A DNA stretch of 64,000 bases from Trichormus sp. ATA11-4-KO1 (GTDB taxonomy: Bacteria; Cyanobacteriota; Cyanobacteriia; Cyanobacteriales; Nostocaceae). The position numbers and the translations under genes are program-made. A model generated the notes under the pieces. The model did not search any database and was not told where the DNA came from. It was given only the letters and a program-made list of their open reading frames with translations. Below, one piece after another: positions 1-8,588 of the stretch (position 1 is the stretch's first letter; each line of letters starts with the position of its first letter). The stretch is taken from the NCBI GenBank assembly GCA_019358915.1, contig JAHHIM010000010.1:32001-96000 (forward strand), given 5' to 3'.

Positions 1-1
1 C

Positions 2-250
2 TGGAAGCACAATAATTCTGGTTATCAAGTGTTATTACTCAGTCAAAATCAGCCAAACACAGAATCAGATTTTACCCCTATTGGTAAGACTTGGAAAACT
101 TGCGATCGCCTAGCATATTTATATGATTTTGATAAAACTCAATTCCCTAAAGGATTCAGCTATCCTCATAAGCTTAATTTAGGTCAGCGTTATTTTCAGG
201 ATGCTGAGACTTCAACTATACATTTTGTTGCTTTAACTGTTAAATCATAA
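2..250 (+). CDS. csx19: Csx19-like type III-D CRISPR protein, 5'-truncated by window edge
   Basis: Frame is open from base 2 (WKHNNSGYQVLLLS...QRYFQDAETSTIHFVALTVKS). Small beta-rich protein directly upstream of the terminal Cas7 RAMP, the canonical csx19 position in III-D. Confidence 0.65.
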   Translation, partial: WKHNNSGYQVLLLSQNQPNTESDFTPIGKTWKTCDRLAYLYDFDKTQFPKGFSYPHKLNLGQRYFQDAETSTIHFVALTVKS

Positions 251-268
251 AATATTATATCAAAATAT

Positions 269-1348
269 ATGGCTAGAAACTATCACTTTATTTCTCTACC
301 TCAAGATAAACCTCACAGAATAAATATTTCAGGACAAGACAAATTTGGACATGATAAATATCAACTAAATAATCAACGTTATAGCGGTAAATTATTTTTA
401 ACTTTAACAGTTATTGCACCCGTATCTGTAAATTCAGGTATCAAAGTCATGGGTAGCGATTTAGCACAACAAACTCTAGATCCTAATTCAGCTAAATACG
501 TCGCCACCATTAGTTTAATTCAATCTTCTGTACAACAAAACCAGCGACTCATCATTCCTGGTAGTTCACTCAAAGGCGTTATCCGTTCAATATATGAAGC
601 AATTACCAGAAGTTGTGTGTGTAAAACTAATGCAAAAGTTCCTGAAGGTTACAGCGAGTGTAAAGACACAACTAAACTTTGTCCCGCTTGCGTCACATTT
701 GGCGCGATGAGTTGGCTAGGACTAGTACATTTTCATGATGCTCAATATGACCCTGATAATGACAAGCCAGGATTTCAAACAGGACTGATTCCCCCTTTAT
801 TTTCTCCTCAACCGGATGCTGTTGATTTAGAAACTGGTGAAAAAATTTATTATGACAGTAACAATAAAGTTCGCGGACGTAAATTTTATCCCCATACTTA
901 CAACGAAGAAGTAAAACCGACATTTCGGATTCAACAAGCGGAATTAGGTAAAAAATTTACAACTTATGTAAATTATACAAATTTAACCAAAGCGCAATTA
1001 GGCACATTATTAATTGCTTTAGGACAAGACCCAGAAAACCGATTAGGATTAAAAATTGGTAGCGGTAAAGCCGTGGGAATGGGAACTCTCAAAATAGATG
1101 TAGTTAAAATTGAGCAATTAAATATTAATCGCTACTTATCTTATAATTCAACCTCGTCAGATTTAGAGGGTGATAATTTACAGACATTTGTTTTAGATGT
1201 AATCAAATCTGCAAAACCTCAACCTGAACCTAAGCAATCAACAAATCAGCCTAGAAAACCCATAATGAAATCTGCTAATCAAGCATTAGTACAGATAAAA
1301 CAATTACAGGAATTAACAGAAATACTAGGTTTAATAACAGACTCATAA
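269..1348 (+). CDS. cas7: Type III-D RAMP superfamily Cas7-group (Csm3/Csm5-like terminal) subunit
   Basis: IPGSSLKGVIRSIYEAIT RAMP motif, Cys cluster (CVC...C...CPAC), RGRKFY motif, Gly-rich loop KIGSGKAVGMG. Confidence 0.9.
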   Translation: MARNYHFISLPQDKPHRINISGQDKFGHDKYQLNNQRYSGKLFLTLTVIAPVSVNSGIKVMGSDLAQQTLDPNSAKYVATISLIQSSVQQNQRLIIPGSSLKGVIRSIYEAITRSCVCKTNAKVPEGYSECKDTTKLCPACVTFGAMSWLGLVHFHDAQYDPDNDKPGFQTGLIPPLFSPQPDAVDLETGEKIYYDSNNKVRGRKFYPHTYNEEVKPTFRIQQAELGKKFTTYVNYTNLTKAQLGTLLIALGQDPENRLGLKIGSGKAVGMGTLKIDVVKIEQLNINRYLSYNSTSSDLEGDNLQTFVLDVIKSAKPQPEPKQSTNQPRKPIMKSANQALVQIKQLQELTEILGLITDS

Positions 1349-1369
1349 TAATTAAGAGGATAATAACCA

Positions 1370-2014
1370 GTGCAAATTAAAGAATGTTTACCAGAAGATA
1401 AGATGTGGGAAATTGCTTATGCGATCGCCACCCAACTTGTGCAAGAACAAGATAAAATTGAACCTAAAAAAGATGGTATTCGCTCTGAGTTAAATAAAAT
1501 TATTGCTTATCTTCGTACTACAATTAATAACAATCTAGATAATATCGGTGAAAACTTTTTTAAATATTTAAAACTACTAGTTGATAACAGTAAAAGCCTA
1601 AAACGTAGTGATAGAACACCTGAATATTATCGTAGCATTCAGAAAATTTGCAACCAACATCTGTTAGCTATCCAGTCAAATCCTGAAGCCATGTTAGAAA
1701 TCTTAGGTTGGTCATCTCGGCTATTTATAGCAGCTACATTAGAAACTTTCGACCAATCTACCCAAACAAATCGACAAATGGAAATTCAAACAGCAGCTAA
1801 ATCACAAAACTTGCAAATAGGCGATGAAATAGAAGCAGAGATAACAAGAATTAGTGGTAATAAAGTTACCTATCAGTTATTAAATATTTTCTCTAAAACA
1901 GTAAAAGAACCAAAACATTACACATCATTAAAAATTGGGCAAATAGTCATAGTGGAAATAACGGAAATCGAAAATGGAGTACCCAAGAAAATTAAATATA
2001 TTAAACCTCAATAA
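1370..2014 (+). CDS. Helical Cas11 (Csm2/Cmr5)-like protein with C-terminal S1/OB-fold domain
   Basis: About 120 aa all-alpha N-terminus ending LEILGWSSRLF (resembles the Cmr5 WxxR end). C-terminus LQIGDEIEAEITRI...LKIGQIVIVEITEI is S1-like. Last gene of the cas operon. Confidence 0.55.
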   Translation: MQIKECLPEDKMWEIAYAIATQLVQEQDKIEPKKDGIRSELNKIIAYLRTTINNNLDNIGENFFKYLKLLVDNSKSLKRSDRTPEYYRSIQKICNQHLLAIQSNPEAMLEILGWSSRLFIAATLETFDQSTQTNRQMEIQTAAKSQNLQIGDEIEAEITRISGNKVTYQLLNIFSKTVKEPKHYTSLKIGQIVIVEITEIENGVPKKIKYIKPQ

Positions 2015-2022
2015 AGCCAAAT

Positions 2023-2844
2023 CTACAAATTATGTTGTCCATGTGCTACATAGGCTGAATCTGCAACTAGACCTATCAAAGTTATGGGAGTATTTGCTGC
2101 AACATAATAGTAATCAACTCGCGTTGCTAAATTCTTCACTTCTTCCGAAAATCCATCAATATAAATTACTAAAACAGTTGCTTTATCCAGCCAATTTAAT
2201 ACTAAATCGATTTGATTTTTTACTTTCTCTTCACGTTTATCTTTTGCATCTTCCCTTGATAGTCCAGCAAAATCTTGTCCTTCCAGTATTTTAGAATTTA
2301 CTAAATCTAAAACCAAAATATCTCCGACTGGTGGCTTGGGTTTTCTCTTTTGATTCCAAAACCTAACTTTTGCGAAACCTCTGGTTTTCAAAAGCTTACA
2401 ATCATCCGGTTCTGTTGGGTTATCACTAGGTAAATAATAATCTACCACTGTAGAACCAATTACTCTTTCACGCTGCAAAGAACGCTTAACACTATCAACT
2501 TCAGACTGCACCAAATCTGTAATTTTATTCTCTACTTCTCGGTTAATTAATTGACTCGCTATTCTTTTTGCATCCTCAACATTTTTACCGACAACAAAGG
2601 CTAAAACCCCACCCAAAAAGCCAAATACTACTAAAGTAAATTGCATTGCTGCAACAAATCTGTTAAAGCTTTCCCCTAGTTGACCATTGGTAGCTTTAAG
2701 AAATTCTAGCTGGCTTTTGAGTAGTTCAATTTCATTTGAGTTGGGAGGGTTTACTGTCGGTGAAGGGGTGGGTGTAGGTGTCGGGATTTGGGCAATAATC
2801 AAGTCCCAAAGGTGAGATATATCAATTGAATATAACCAATCCAT
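2023..2844 (-). CDS. CRISPR-associated membrane protein: TM helix + coiled coil + REC-like/NARF domain (Cam2-like)
   Basis: TM segment MQFTLVVFGFLGGVLAFVVG and coiled coil, then alpha/beta domain with DILVLD, VLVIYID and AANTPITL. ATG at 2844 (alternative TTG at 2868). Lies between the cas operon and the array. Confidence 0.6.
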   Translation of the reverse strand: MDWLYSIDISHLWDLIIAQIPTPTPTPSPTVNPPNSNEIELLKSQLEFLKATNGQLGESFNRFVAAMQFTLVVFGFLGGVLAFVVGKNVEDAKRIASQLINREVENKITDLVQSEVDSVKRSLQRERVIGSTVVDYYLPSDNPTEPDDCKLLKTRGFAKVRFWNQKRKPKPPVGDILVLDLVNSKILEGQDFAGLSREDAKDKREEKVKNQIDLVLNWLDKATVLVIYIDGFSEEVKNLATRVDYYYVAANTPITLIGLVADSAYVAHGQHNL

Positions 2845-2894
2845 ATAGGTTTTTATAGCGATTAACAATAATCAATCATATCCTTACTTTGAAA

Positions 2895-3306
2895 GTTTAC
2901 ATCCCCATGAGGGGAAGAGGCTATGTAAAGGTTCGACAAAACATGGATGAACGGAATAGAACGGAATAGAAACGACTAACAGGTTTACATCCCCGTGAGG
3001 GGAAGAGGCTATGTAAAGGTCGTTGATGCTGAAAAGCGTTTCATTGGATGCAATAGTTTACATCCCCGTGAGGGGAAGAGGCTATGTAAAGTTTAGCAAC
3101 AAGTTTGCCTTCAACCTTAGCAGTAGGTGTTTACATCCCCGTGAGGGGAAGAGGCTATGTAAAGACTTCAGATGCAAATAGTGCTGCGAATGCTTACGTT
3201 TACATCCCCGTGAGGGGAAGAGGCTATGTAAAGCCAGCAGCACAAATCCCAACTCCTGTTACACAACAAAGTTTACATCCCCGTGAGGGGAAGAGGCTAT
3301 GTAAAG
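2895..3306 (-). CRISPR. CRISPR array, 6 x 36-bp repeats and 5 spacers (52, 37, 37, 33, 37 bp); repeat as transcribed CTTTACATAGCCTCTTCCCCTCACGGGGATGTAAAC
   Basis: Repeats start at 2895, 2983, 3056, 3129, 3198 and 3271. The 2895 copy has one substitution (trailer end). Hairpin TCCCC-TCAC-GGGGA and 3' AAAC tag on the minus strand. Confidence 0.98.
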
Positions 3307-3540
3307 AGTTCACATCTAGAAGCCTTGCAGTGAGTAGCTTACAGACCCCCAATTCGACACCACTTTTTTCTTTAATCAAATGAATTTCATAAGTCGTGGA
3401 TTTTGTAGCCTACAACCCTTACTGTGCAAGCAATCGACACCAGTCTACGAAGTTATGCATTTTTCAAGGTTCTGGTGAGTGGTGTAGACAACACTAACTC
3501 AATAGCTAAAACAGTACAGGATAGGACTGATTATTGTCAA
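3307..3540 (-). promoter_or_regulatory. CRISPR leader with sigma70-type promoter
   Basis: On the minus strand TTGACA (3540-3535), 18 nt, TACTGT (3516-3511). Repeated TCGACACCA motifs (~3354, ~3434) and an inverted GGTGTAGA (~3481) in the leader. Confidence 0.7.
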
Positions 3541-3591
3541 CATTATTACAAAAAATTAATTAAGTAACTGACAATCTTGTTGTTCGTTAGA

Positions 3592-3715
3592 CAATACTTT
3601 TCGGTTAGTCGCTTTAGTTATTTGATCCGCCCCCTAAATCCCCCAATCCTGGGGGACTTTCACAAATCTGCCTCCCCCAAAGTTGGGGGTTGGGGGGCTT
3701 AACCGAACGGTATTG
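3592..3715. mobile_element. MITE (Nezha-like) with ~18-bp TIR and 10-bp target duplication
   Basis: Ends CAATACTTTTCGGTTAG / CTTAACCGAACGGTATTG, flanked by exact GTTCGTTAGA at 3582-3591 and 3716-3725. Confidence 0.85.
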
Positions 3716-3786
3716 GTTCGTTAGATCATTTAAGAGCGATCGCCTGGCTAATTTAATTTTTTCTAAATCATGAGCGATCGCCTCCT

Positions 3787-4269
3787 TTAATCTAATTTTT
3801 GATGACGAGCTAGTAAAGATTTTAATAAGCTCGGAGCAGCACGAAAGTTAGTTTTCTGTAAATCCATAATCACAGACGACATTTCTACGAGATTTTGACT
3901 AGCTGCTGAATCTAAAATACCGAGTAATCCAGTTATTTGTAGTCCTTTTGCTTGTGCAGCTTTACGAGCAGCTTTTTCATCTAAAATAACTACCTCAGCA
4001 TTCAATTGTTCTGCTAATAAAATTGCTTCCTTTTCGCCTAAATGAAGATTGGCTAAAAGCGGATCATCTTTCAGAGAAATTGAGCAAACTTCTAACCAAT
4101 TTGGAGAAGTGCTAATCCAAGATTGCAACTGAGGAGGTGCGCCATCTGCAACTAATTCAGCATAAACAGCTTGAGGAATCAGAATTTTACCAAATAATTG
4201 GGGGAGAAGTTCAATCTGTCCGATTAAAACTAAATAACAAATCGGAGAGGTATCTGCAATGACAATCAT
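3787..4269 (-). CDS. DUF3368 PIN-domain toxin
   Basis: MIVIADTSP, LHLGEKEAI, ILDEKAAR, ITGLLGIL motifs. Overlaps the upstream antitoxin stop. Confidence 0.88.
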   Translation of the reverse strand: MIVIADTSPICYLVLIGQIELLPQLFGKILIPQAVYAELVADGAPPQLQSWISTSPNWLEVCSISLKDDPLLANLHLGEKEAILLAEQLNAEVVILDEKAARKAAQAKGLQITGLLGILDSAASQNLVEMSSVIMDLQKTNFRAAPSLLKSLLARHQKLD

Positions 4270-4532
4270 TTTGATAATATCTGATGGAGGGTTTGGATAT
4301 CTTGCTCCAAATCATTTTCTGTATAATCAAGATAAGCTTGAGATTGTTTAAGAAATTGTTCGGTTTCCCACCAAGAAGAAAAGTGTAATAACTGTTGAAT
4401 TTGTGCAGAAGTCATTATGCCACTTCTATAAGCTTCTAATGCTAAAGATTCTAAAATTTTTTGGGGTAAGTCTTGCCAGGTTTGTTGTAACTGGTTACCG
4501 ATTTCTTCGGGAATTTCTATAGTAATTTGCAT
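4266..4532 (-). CDS. UPF0175-family antitoxin
   Basis: MQITIEIPE...LALEAYRSG...YLDYTENDLEQD. Coupled to the DUF3368 gene. Confidence 0.85.
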   Translation of the reverse strand: MQITIEIPEEIGNQLQQTWQDLPQKILESLALEAYRSGIMTSAQIQQLLHFSSWWETEQFLKQSQAYLDYTENDLEQDIQTLHQILSK

Positions 4533-4574
4533 ATTAATTGCACATCCTTATTGTTTGTAGTTTAGCTTCACATT

Positions 4575-4706
4575 TTACTTTGTCACAGGTTTTATTTGTG
4601 TAGCCGGTTGAGCTAGATATGCTTGAGCTTTAGGAATGACAAGCGGATTTTGACGCATAATTGCTGACAGCGTATCAGTATCTAAAAGAACTTCCTCTTG
4701 ACTCAT
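4575..4706 (-). pseudogene. vapC: Truncated VapC PIN toxin (43 aa)
   Basis: ATG overlaps the antitoxin stop (ATGA). MSQEEVLLDTDTLSAIMRQNP... carries the PIN N-terminal LLDT motif but stops after 43 codons. Confidence 0.75.
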
Positions 4707-4939
4707 TCCTCAGTTCTATCTACAAAAAAATAATCTTGCTTTAAGGCAATTTCTTCAATTTCATCAATATCCGTTTCTGACAATCCCTCATACACTTCAG
4801 ATGCTAGTTGTAGCATTTCTTGAGCAGTAATAGGATTAGTCGTGTCAACTATTAGTTGGACAGATTGCCCTTCAGCCAATTCAAGTTTTTCTAAAGGGCG
4901 AAATACACCATTTTCATAGATAGCTTTTAAAGTTTGCAT
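4703..4939 (-). CDS. DUF104/AF2212-like antitoxin
   Basis: LKAIYENGVFRPLEKLELAEG motif. Confidence 0.85.
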   Translation of the reverse strand: MQTLKAIYENGVFRPLEKLELAEGQSVQLIVDTTNPITAQEMLQLASEVYEGLSETDIDEIEEIALKQDYFFVDRTEE

Positions 4940-4984
4940 TTTGCTATTCGCCTAGTTACTTATTTAAACAACATCACACAATGA

Positions 4985-5180
4985 TTCTAACTCCTGACTC
5001 CTTAGTCCATCTGGTGAACCTAGATTAGCTTTAACGGCGCGTTGGCTACTATCCCATAAAATTAAATCGCTGGATATCAATTGCTTTTTAGCGATCGCCT
5101 GGCTAATTTGACGTATGTTTTAATAGATTCTCCCATTTCTCGACGGGCTTAAGTAAATCTAATTTTAACGGTGCGATCGC
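4985..5180 (-). pseudogene. Relic of an unidentified gene between HIP1 sites
   Basis: Protein-like frames AIAPLKLDLLKPVEKWENLLK and RQISQAIAKKQLISSDLILWDSSQRAVKANLGSP separated by a frameshift. No start codon. Confidence 0.3.
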
Positions 5181-5182
5181 CT

Positions 5183-5656
5183 TTAAGCATCTTGAGGATT
5201 GAGGCTAATCATTTGCCAGGTGGTATAAGTACCGATGGGACTCCACAGTAAATAAGGAACTAGTAATAGTGCTGCTGAAGTGGAAATAGGTAAGACTGCC
5301 AGTGTCAATACAAGACCAATAATAAAACCTGTGCCACCGAGAATTGTACCTACCCGCAGACTACGCAGCCGGAACATTACAGGGGTGTAGGCGATGGTGA
5401 CAATTTCTAGGAGTAAGTAGAAACCCATAAGTATCCAAGTACTGATGGTTCCTGGGTTACTTTCCCAGACAATATAAGCTGACCAAGCACCACAAACAAA
5501 GATTACAGTCCAGATAACGGGAATTGCTACCTCAAAGGTTAACCATCTCGGTCTTTGTAAGCGCTTGAACCACTGGCGATCGCTCGGTGTAATTAAGTTA
5601 GCCGCCAAGGCTACCAAGAACGCCACACCCCCAATCACCATCCACGATCTAATCAT
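5183..5656 (-). CDS. tspO: TspO/MBR family tryptophan-rich sensory protein
   Basis: WFKRLQRPRW, five hydrophobic helices, LLLVPYLLW. Confidence 0.9.
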   Translation of the reverse strand: MIRSWMVIGGVAFLVALAANLITPSDRQWFKRLQRPRWLTFEVAIPVIWTVIFVCGAWSAYIVWESNPGTISTWILMGFYLLLEIVTIAYTPVMFRLRSLRVGTILGGTGFIIGLVLTLAVLPISTSAALLLVPYLLWSPIGTYTTWQMISLNPQDA

Positions 5657-5900
5657 GCCCCTTATCCTCTGCGATTTGCTGCCTATCGCTTAAATATCAC
5701 GTTTAATAGGGGCATTTTGTCAATTTATTGGCAGATTTCTCATCATCCCGGAGTTTGATAATTTGCCATCAGATGTTGTAACTTGACGAGGTTTTTTAAT
5801 CTCTTCCCCAAGGTTATGAGGTAATTCTGTCCGTGGATGGGGGTGTACGGTGGGCACGTAGAAATACTGTTGATATTTGGGGTATAAGACGGCAATTCTG

Positions 5901-6494
5901 ATGGAAAAGAATATACAAACTGAAACGGAAACACAAGGGCGATCGCTAGTACCATCTCATCCACTTCAAAGAATTGCTCATAATATTCGCCTGACGGGTT
6001 GGATTACCTTATGGGTGCAATTAGCGCTAGCTCTAGTTTCTGGCTTATCTCTATTATTTGCTGCTACTGGTCGTGAATTTGCCGATCGCTCGAATCCAGG
6101 TTTGGGAATTGGTATATTTTGGGCTATATCTGGAATTTTAGTTTTGTTATTTGGCGTATTTTGGGATTTTCGTTACACCCGTATAGGTAGACGTTTAGCA
6201 AATCCTAATCCGACTTTGCATCCCAGTAAGGCGGATACAACTAGAGCCATCCGACTGGGAATAATGGTAGGTTTAGTAGGATTATTAATCACCATCTTGG
6301 GTGCTGGCGTAAGTGTAAGTGTGCTAGTGGCAAAAGCTGTATCTCAACCACCAGGAGTAGCAATTACTGACCCCAATAAAATTATTCGAGCGCTTGATGT
6401 GTTCATAGTAGTAGCTAACATCAATGGTATTGCTGCTCATTTTGTGGGTGTTGTTGCTTCTATGTGGCTATTAGAAAGGGTGCATCAACATTAA
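5901..6494 (+). CDS. DUF3611 family membrane protein
   Basis: GWITLWVQL, PSKADT, IRALDVFIVVANINGIAAHF. Confidence 0.85.
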   Translation: MEKNIQTETETQGRSLVPSHPLQRIAHNIRLTGWITLWVQLALALVSGLSLLFAATGREFADRSNPGLGIGIFWAISGILVLLFGVFWDFRYTRIGRRLANPNPTLHPSKADTTRAIRLGIMVGLVGLLITILGAGVSVSVLVAKAVSQPPGVAITDPNKIIRALDVFIVVANINGIAAHFVGVVASMWLLERVHQH

Positions 6495-6825
6495 GTCAGG
6501 GAGTGGGGATTTAGCAAGTTGAGTAACTTTCACCCTTTTTAACACATAAGTAAATCCCCAAAATTGTATGATCGCCTAGAAACACTGGTTCTGGATTCAG
6601 CCTCAGTCTGACTGTAAATTAGTTGTGACTCGCGATCGCCAAAAACCACAACCACAATCAGCCAGACGTAAAACGGCTATGGAAGTAGAAGCAGATTTGC
6701 GGCGAATTAGAGATATCTATTACTTAGAACGTCGTCATATCTTGTAAATTAAAAAATAAGGAAGAAGGAAGATGAAAGAAGGTATGAGTATTTTTCGTCC
6801 TCCTTCCTCCGAACTTCTGACTTCG

Positions 6826-7503
6826 TTAAACTAACCCAGAACGCAAAGCCACAACTGCTGCTTGTACGCGATCGTCTACTGCTAGTTTGTTCATAATCCC
6901 TCTGACGTGAGTTTTAATGGTGTTGGGACTGAGATAGAGTTTTTCTGCTATTTCTGGGTTACTCAATCCTTCTACCATTAGTTTCAACACTTCTAATTCA
7001 CGTCCAGACAAATTAGCGGTATTTCCTGGAACTGAAGGAGGTTTGAGATTATCGATTACTTGTCGCGCAATCTGGGGATCAAGATAAGCTGCACCATCTA
7101 CTGCGGCAGCGATCGCACTTAAGAGGCGCTCTACACTCGCACCTTTGATACAATACGCATCAGCACCGCTAGACAGTGCCGCGATAATTTCTGTCTGTGT
7201 TGTATGGGATGTTAACATTACCACATGAGTTGCTGGTAATGCTGCCTTGATTTGTTGTGTCGCTGCAATTCCATCAAGTCGCGGTAAGCCAATATCCATG
7301 ACTACCAAATCAGGCTTTAATTTCAGTGCTGCTTGTACACCCAAATAACCATCTTCTACCTGTCCCACAATCTCTAACTGAGGATGTGCCATTAAAGACT
7401 GTTCTAATCCTAGTTGCATCATAGGATCATCTTCAACAATTAACACCCGTAACCGGGAAACATCGGTTGATAGATTTAAAGGATAACCAGTATCGGGAGA
7501 CAT
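6826..7503 (-). CDS. NarL/LuxR-family response regulator
   Basis: REC domain (VEDD, VMDIGLP) plus LSGRELEVL...TIKTHV HTH. Confidence 0.93.
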   Translation of the reverse strand: MSPDTGYPLNLSTDVSRLRVLIVEDDPMMQLGLEQSLMAHPQLEIVGQVEDGYLGVQAALKLKPDLVVMDIGLPRLDGIAATQQIKAALPATHVVMLTSHTTQTEIIAALSSGADAYCIKGASVERLLSAIAAAVDGAAYLDPQIARQVIDNLKPPSVPGNTANLSGRELEVLKLMVEGLSNPEIAEKLYLSPNTIKTHVRGIMNKLAVDDRVQAAVVALRSGLV

Positions 7504-7538
7504 TTTATCTACTATCAAAAGTTCATAGTAAAAAAATT

Positions 7539-7612
7539 CGTAATTAAATGATTAATTACGAATTACGAATTACGTTAGCGAAGCTCCTCTGAAAGAGGCA
7601 TTACGAATTATT
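7539..7612. repeat. STRR (TTACGAA)n array with an inserted small dispersed repeat
   Basis: TTACGAATTACGAATTACG-[TTAGCGAAGCTCCTCTGAAAGAGGCA]-TTACGAATTA. Confidence 0.6.
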
Positions 7613-7613
7613 T

Positions 7614-8588
7614 TTATTCTTCCACACGGTAACCCAACTCTGCCAAACTCATGCGAGATTGTCGCCATTTTGGCTGCACTTTCACGAACAGTTCTAAATA
7701 GACTTTGCCAGAAATTAACTTTTGGATTTGTTCACGAGCTTCACTCCCAATGGCTTTGAGCATCGAGCCACCTTTACCAATGAGAATTCCTTTTTGGGAA
7801 TCTCGCTCAACGTGTATAGTTGCCAGCACACGGGTAATGGTGGGTGTTTCTTCCACTTTGTCAATAGCGATCGCTACTGAATGGGGAACTTCTTCACGCG
7901 TCAACAGTAATATTTGTTCGCGAATTAATTCACCCATAATAAAGCGTTCTGGCTGGTCAGTTACCAAGTCGGGAGGATAGTAAAATGGCCCGGTTTCTAA
8001 ATGTTCAATTAATAAGTTTTGCAGTTGTGGTAATCCAGTACCAGTTTTGGCAGAAAATTTTACTGTCGGCCATTGATTAACTTCAGCCAGCGCTCGGTAA
8101 CTATCATCTATTACTTGGTAATTTGGTGATTGTTCATCGATTTTATTCAAACCCAAAATTACAGGTGTTTCACTGCGAGTCAGCAAATCCGCAATAAAGC
8201 GATCGCCTGCACCACAAGCGACTGTTCCATCCACCACAAATAGCACCACATCTACTGAATCGATGGCAATTTTGGCATTTTGCACCAACACTTCCCCCAA
8301 TTGATGATGGGGTTTATGAATTCCTGGTGTGTCTACAAAAATTAACTGTGCTTCTGGTGTAGTTAAAATCCCTCGTAAACGATTGCGTGTAGTTTGTGCT
8401 ACTGGTGATGTAATAGCAATTTTTTGCCCTACTAATTGATTCATCAAAGTAGATTTACCGACATTTGGGCGACCGATAATGCCGATAAAACCTGATTTAA
8501 AGTCAGGAGGAGCCTGGGGGATAGATACTTCTCCTGAAAAAGAGGAGATGTGATTCTCAATACTAGTCACCTTTAGCTCCACCGTCAT
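7614..8588 (-). CDS. era: GTPase Era
   Basis: GRPNVGKST, QTTR, DTPG, NKID motifs and KH domain (ILIGKGG). Confidence 0.97.
   Translation of the reverse strand: MTVELKVTSIENHISSFSGEVSIPQAPPDFKSGFIGIIGRPNVGKSTLMNQLVGQKIAITSPVAQTTRNRLRGILTTPEAQLIFVDTPGIHKPHHQLGEVLVQNAKIAIDSVDVVLFVVDGTVACGAGDRFIADLLTRSETPVILGLNKIDEQSPNYQVIDDSYRALAEVNQWPTVKFSAKTGTGLPQLQNLLIEHLETGPFYYPPDLVTDQPERFIMGELIREQILLLTREEVPHSVAIAIDKVEETPTITRVLATIHVERDSQKGILIGKGGSMLKAIGSEAREQIQKLISGKVYLELFVKVQPKWRQSRMSLAELGYRVEE

Noticed and set aside
3234..3270. Spacer 5 resembles the AQIPTP codons of the adjacent membrane gene (15/18 nt core), suggesting self-targeting regulation
   Set aside because: Only about 17/37 identity over the whole spacer, in low-complexity Pro/Thr codons; probably chance.
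3105..3383. 92-aa ORF with repeated VYIPVRGRGYVK
   Set aside because: Translation of CRISPR repeats and spacers.
7705..7980. Antisense or overlapping ORFs inside era, asd, rnj, xfp, thrS and others
   Set aside because: Shadow frames of well-supported genes.
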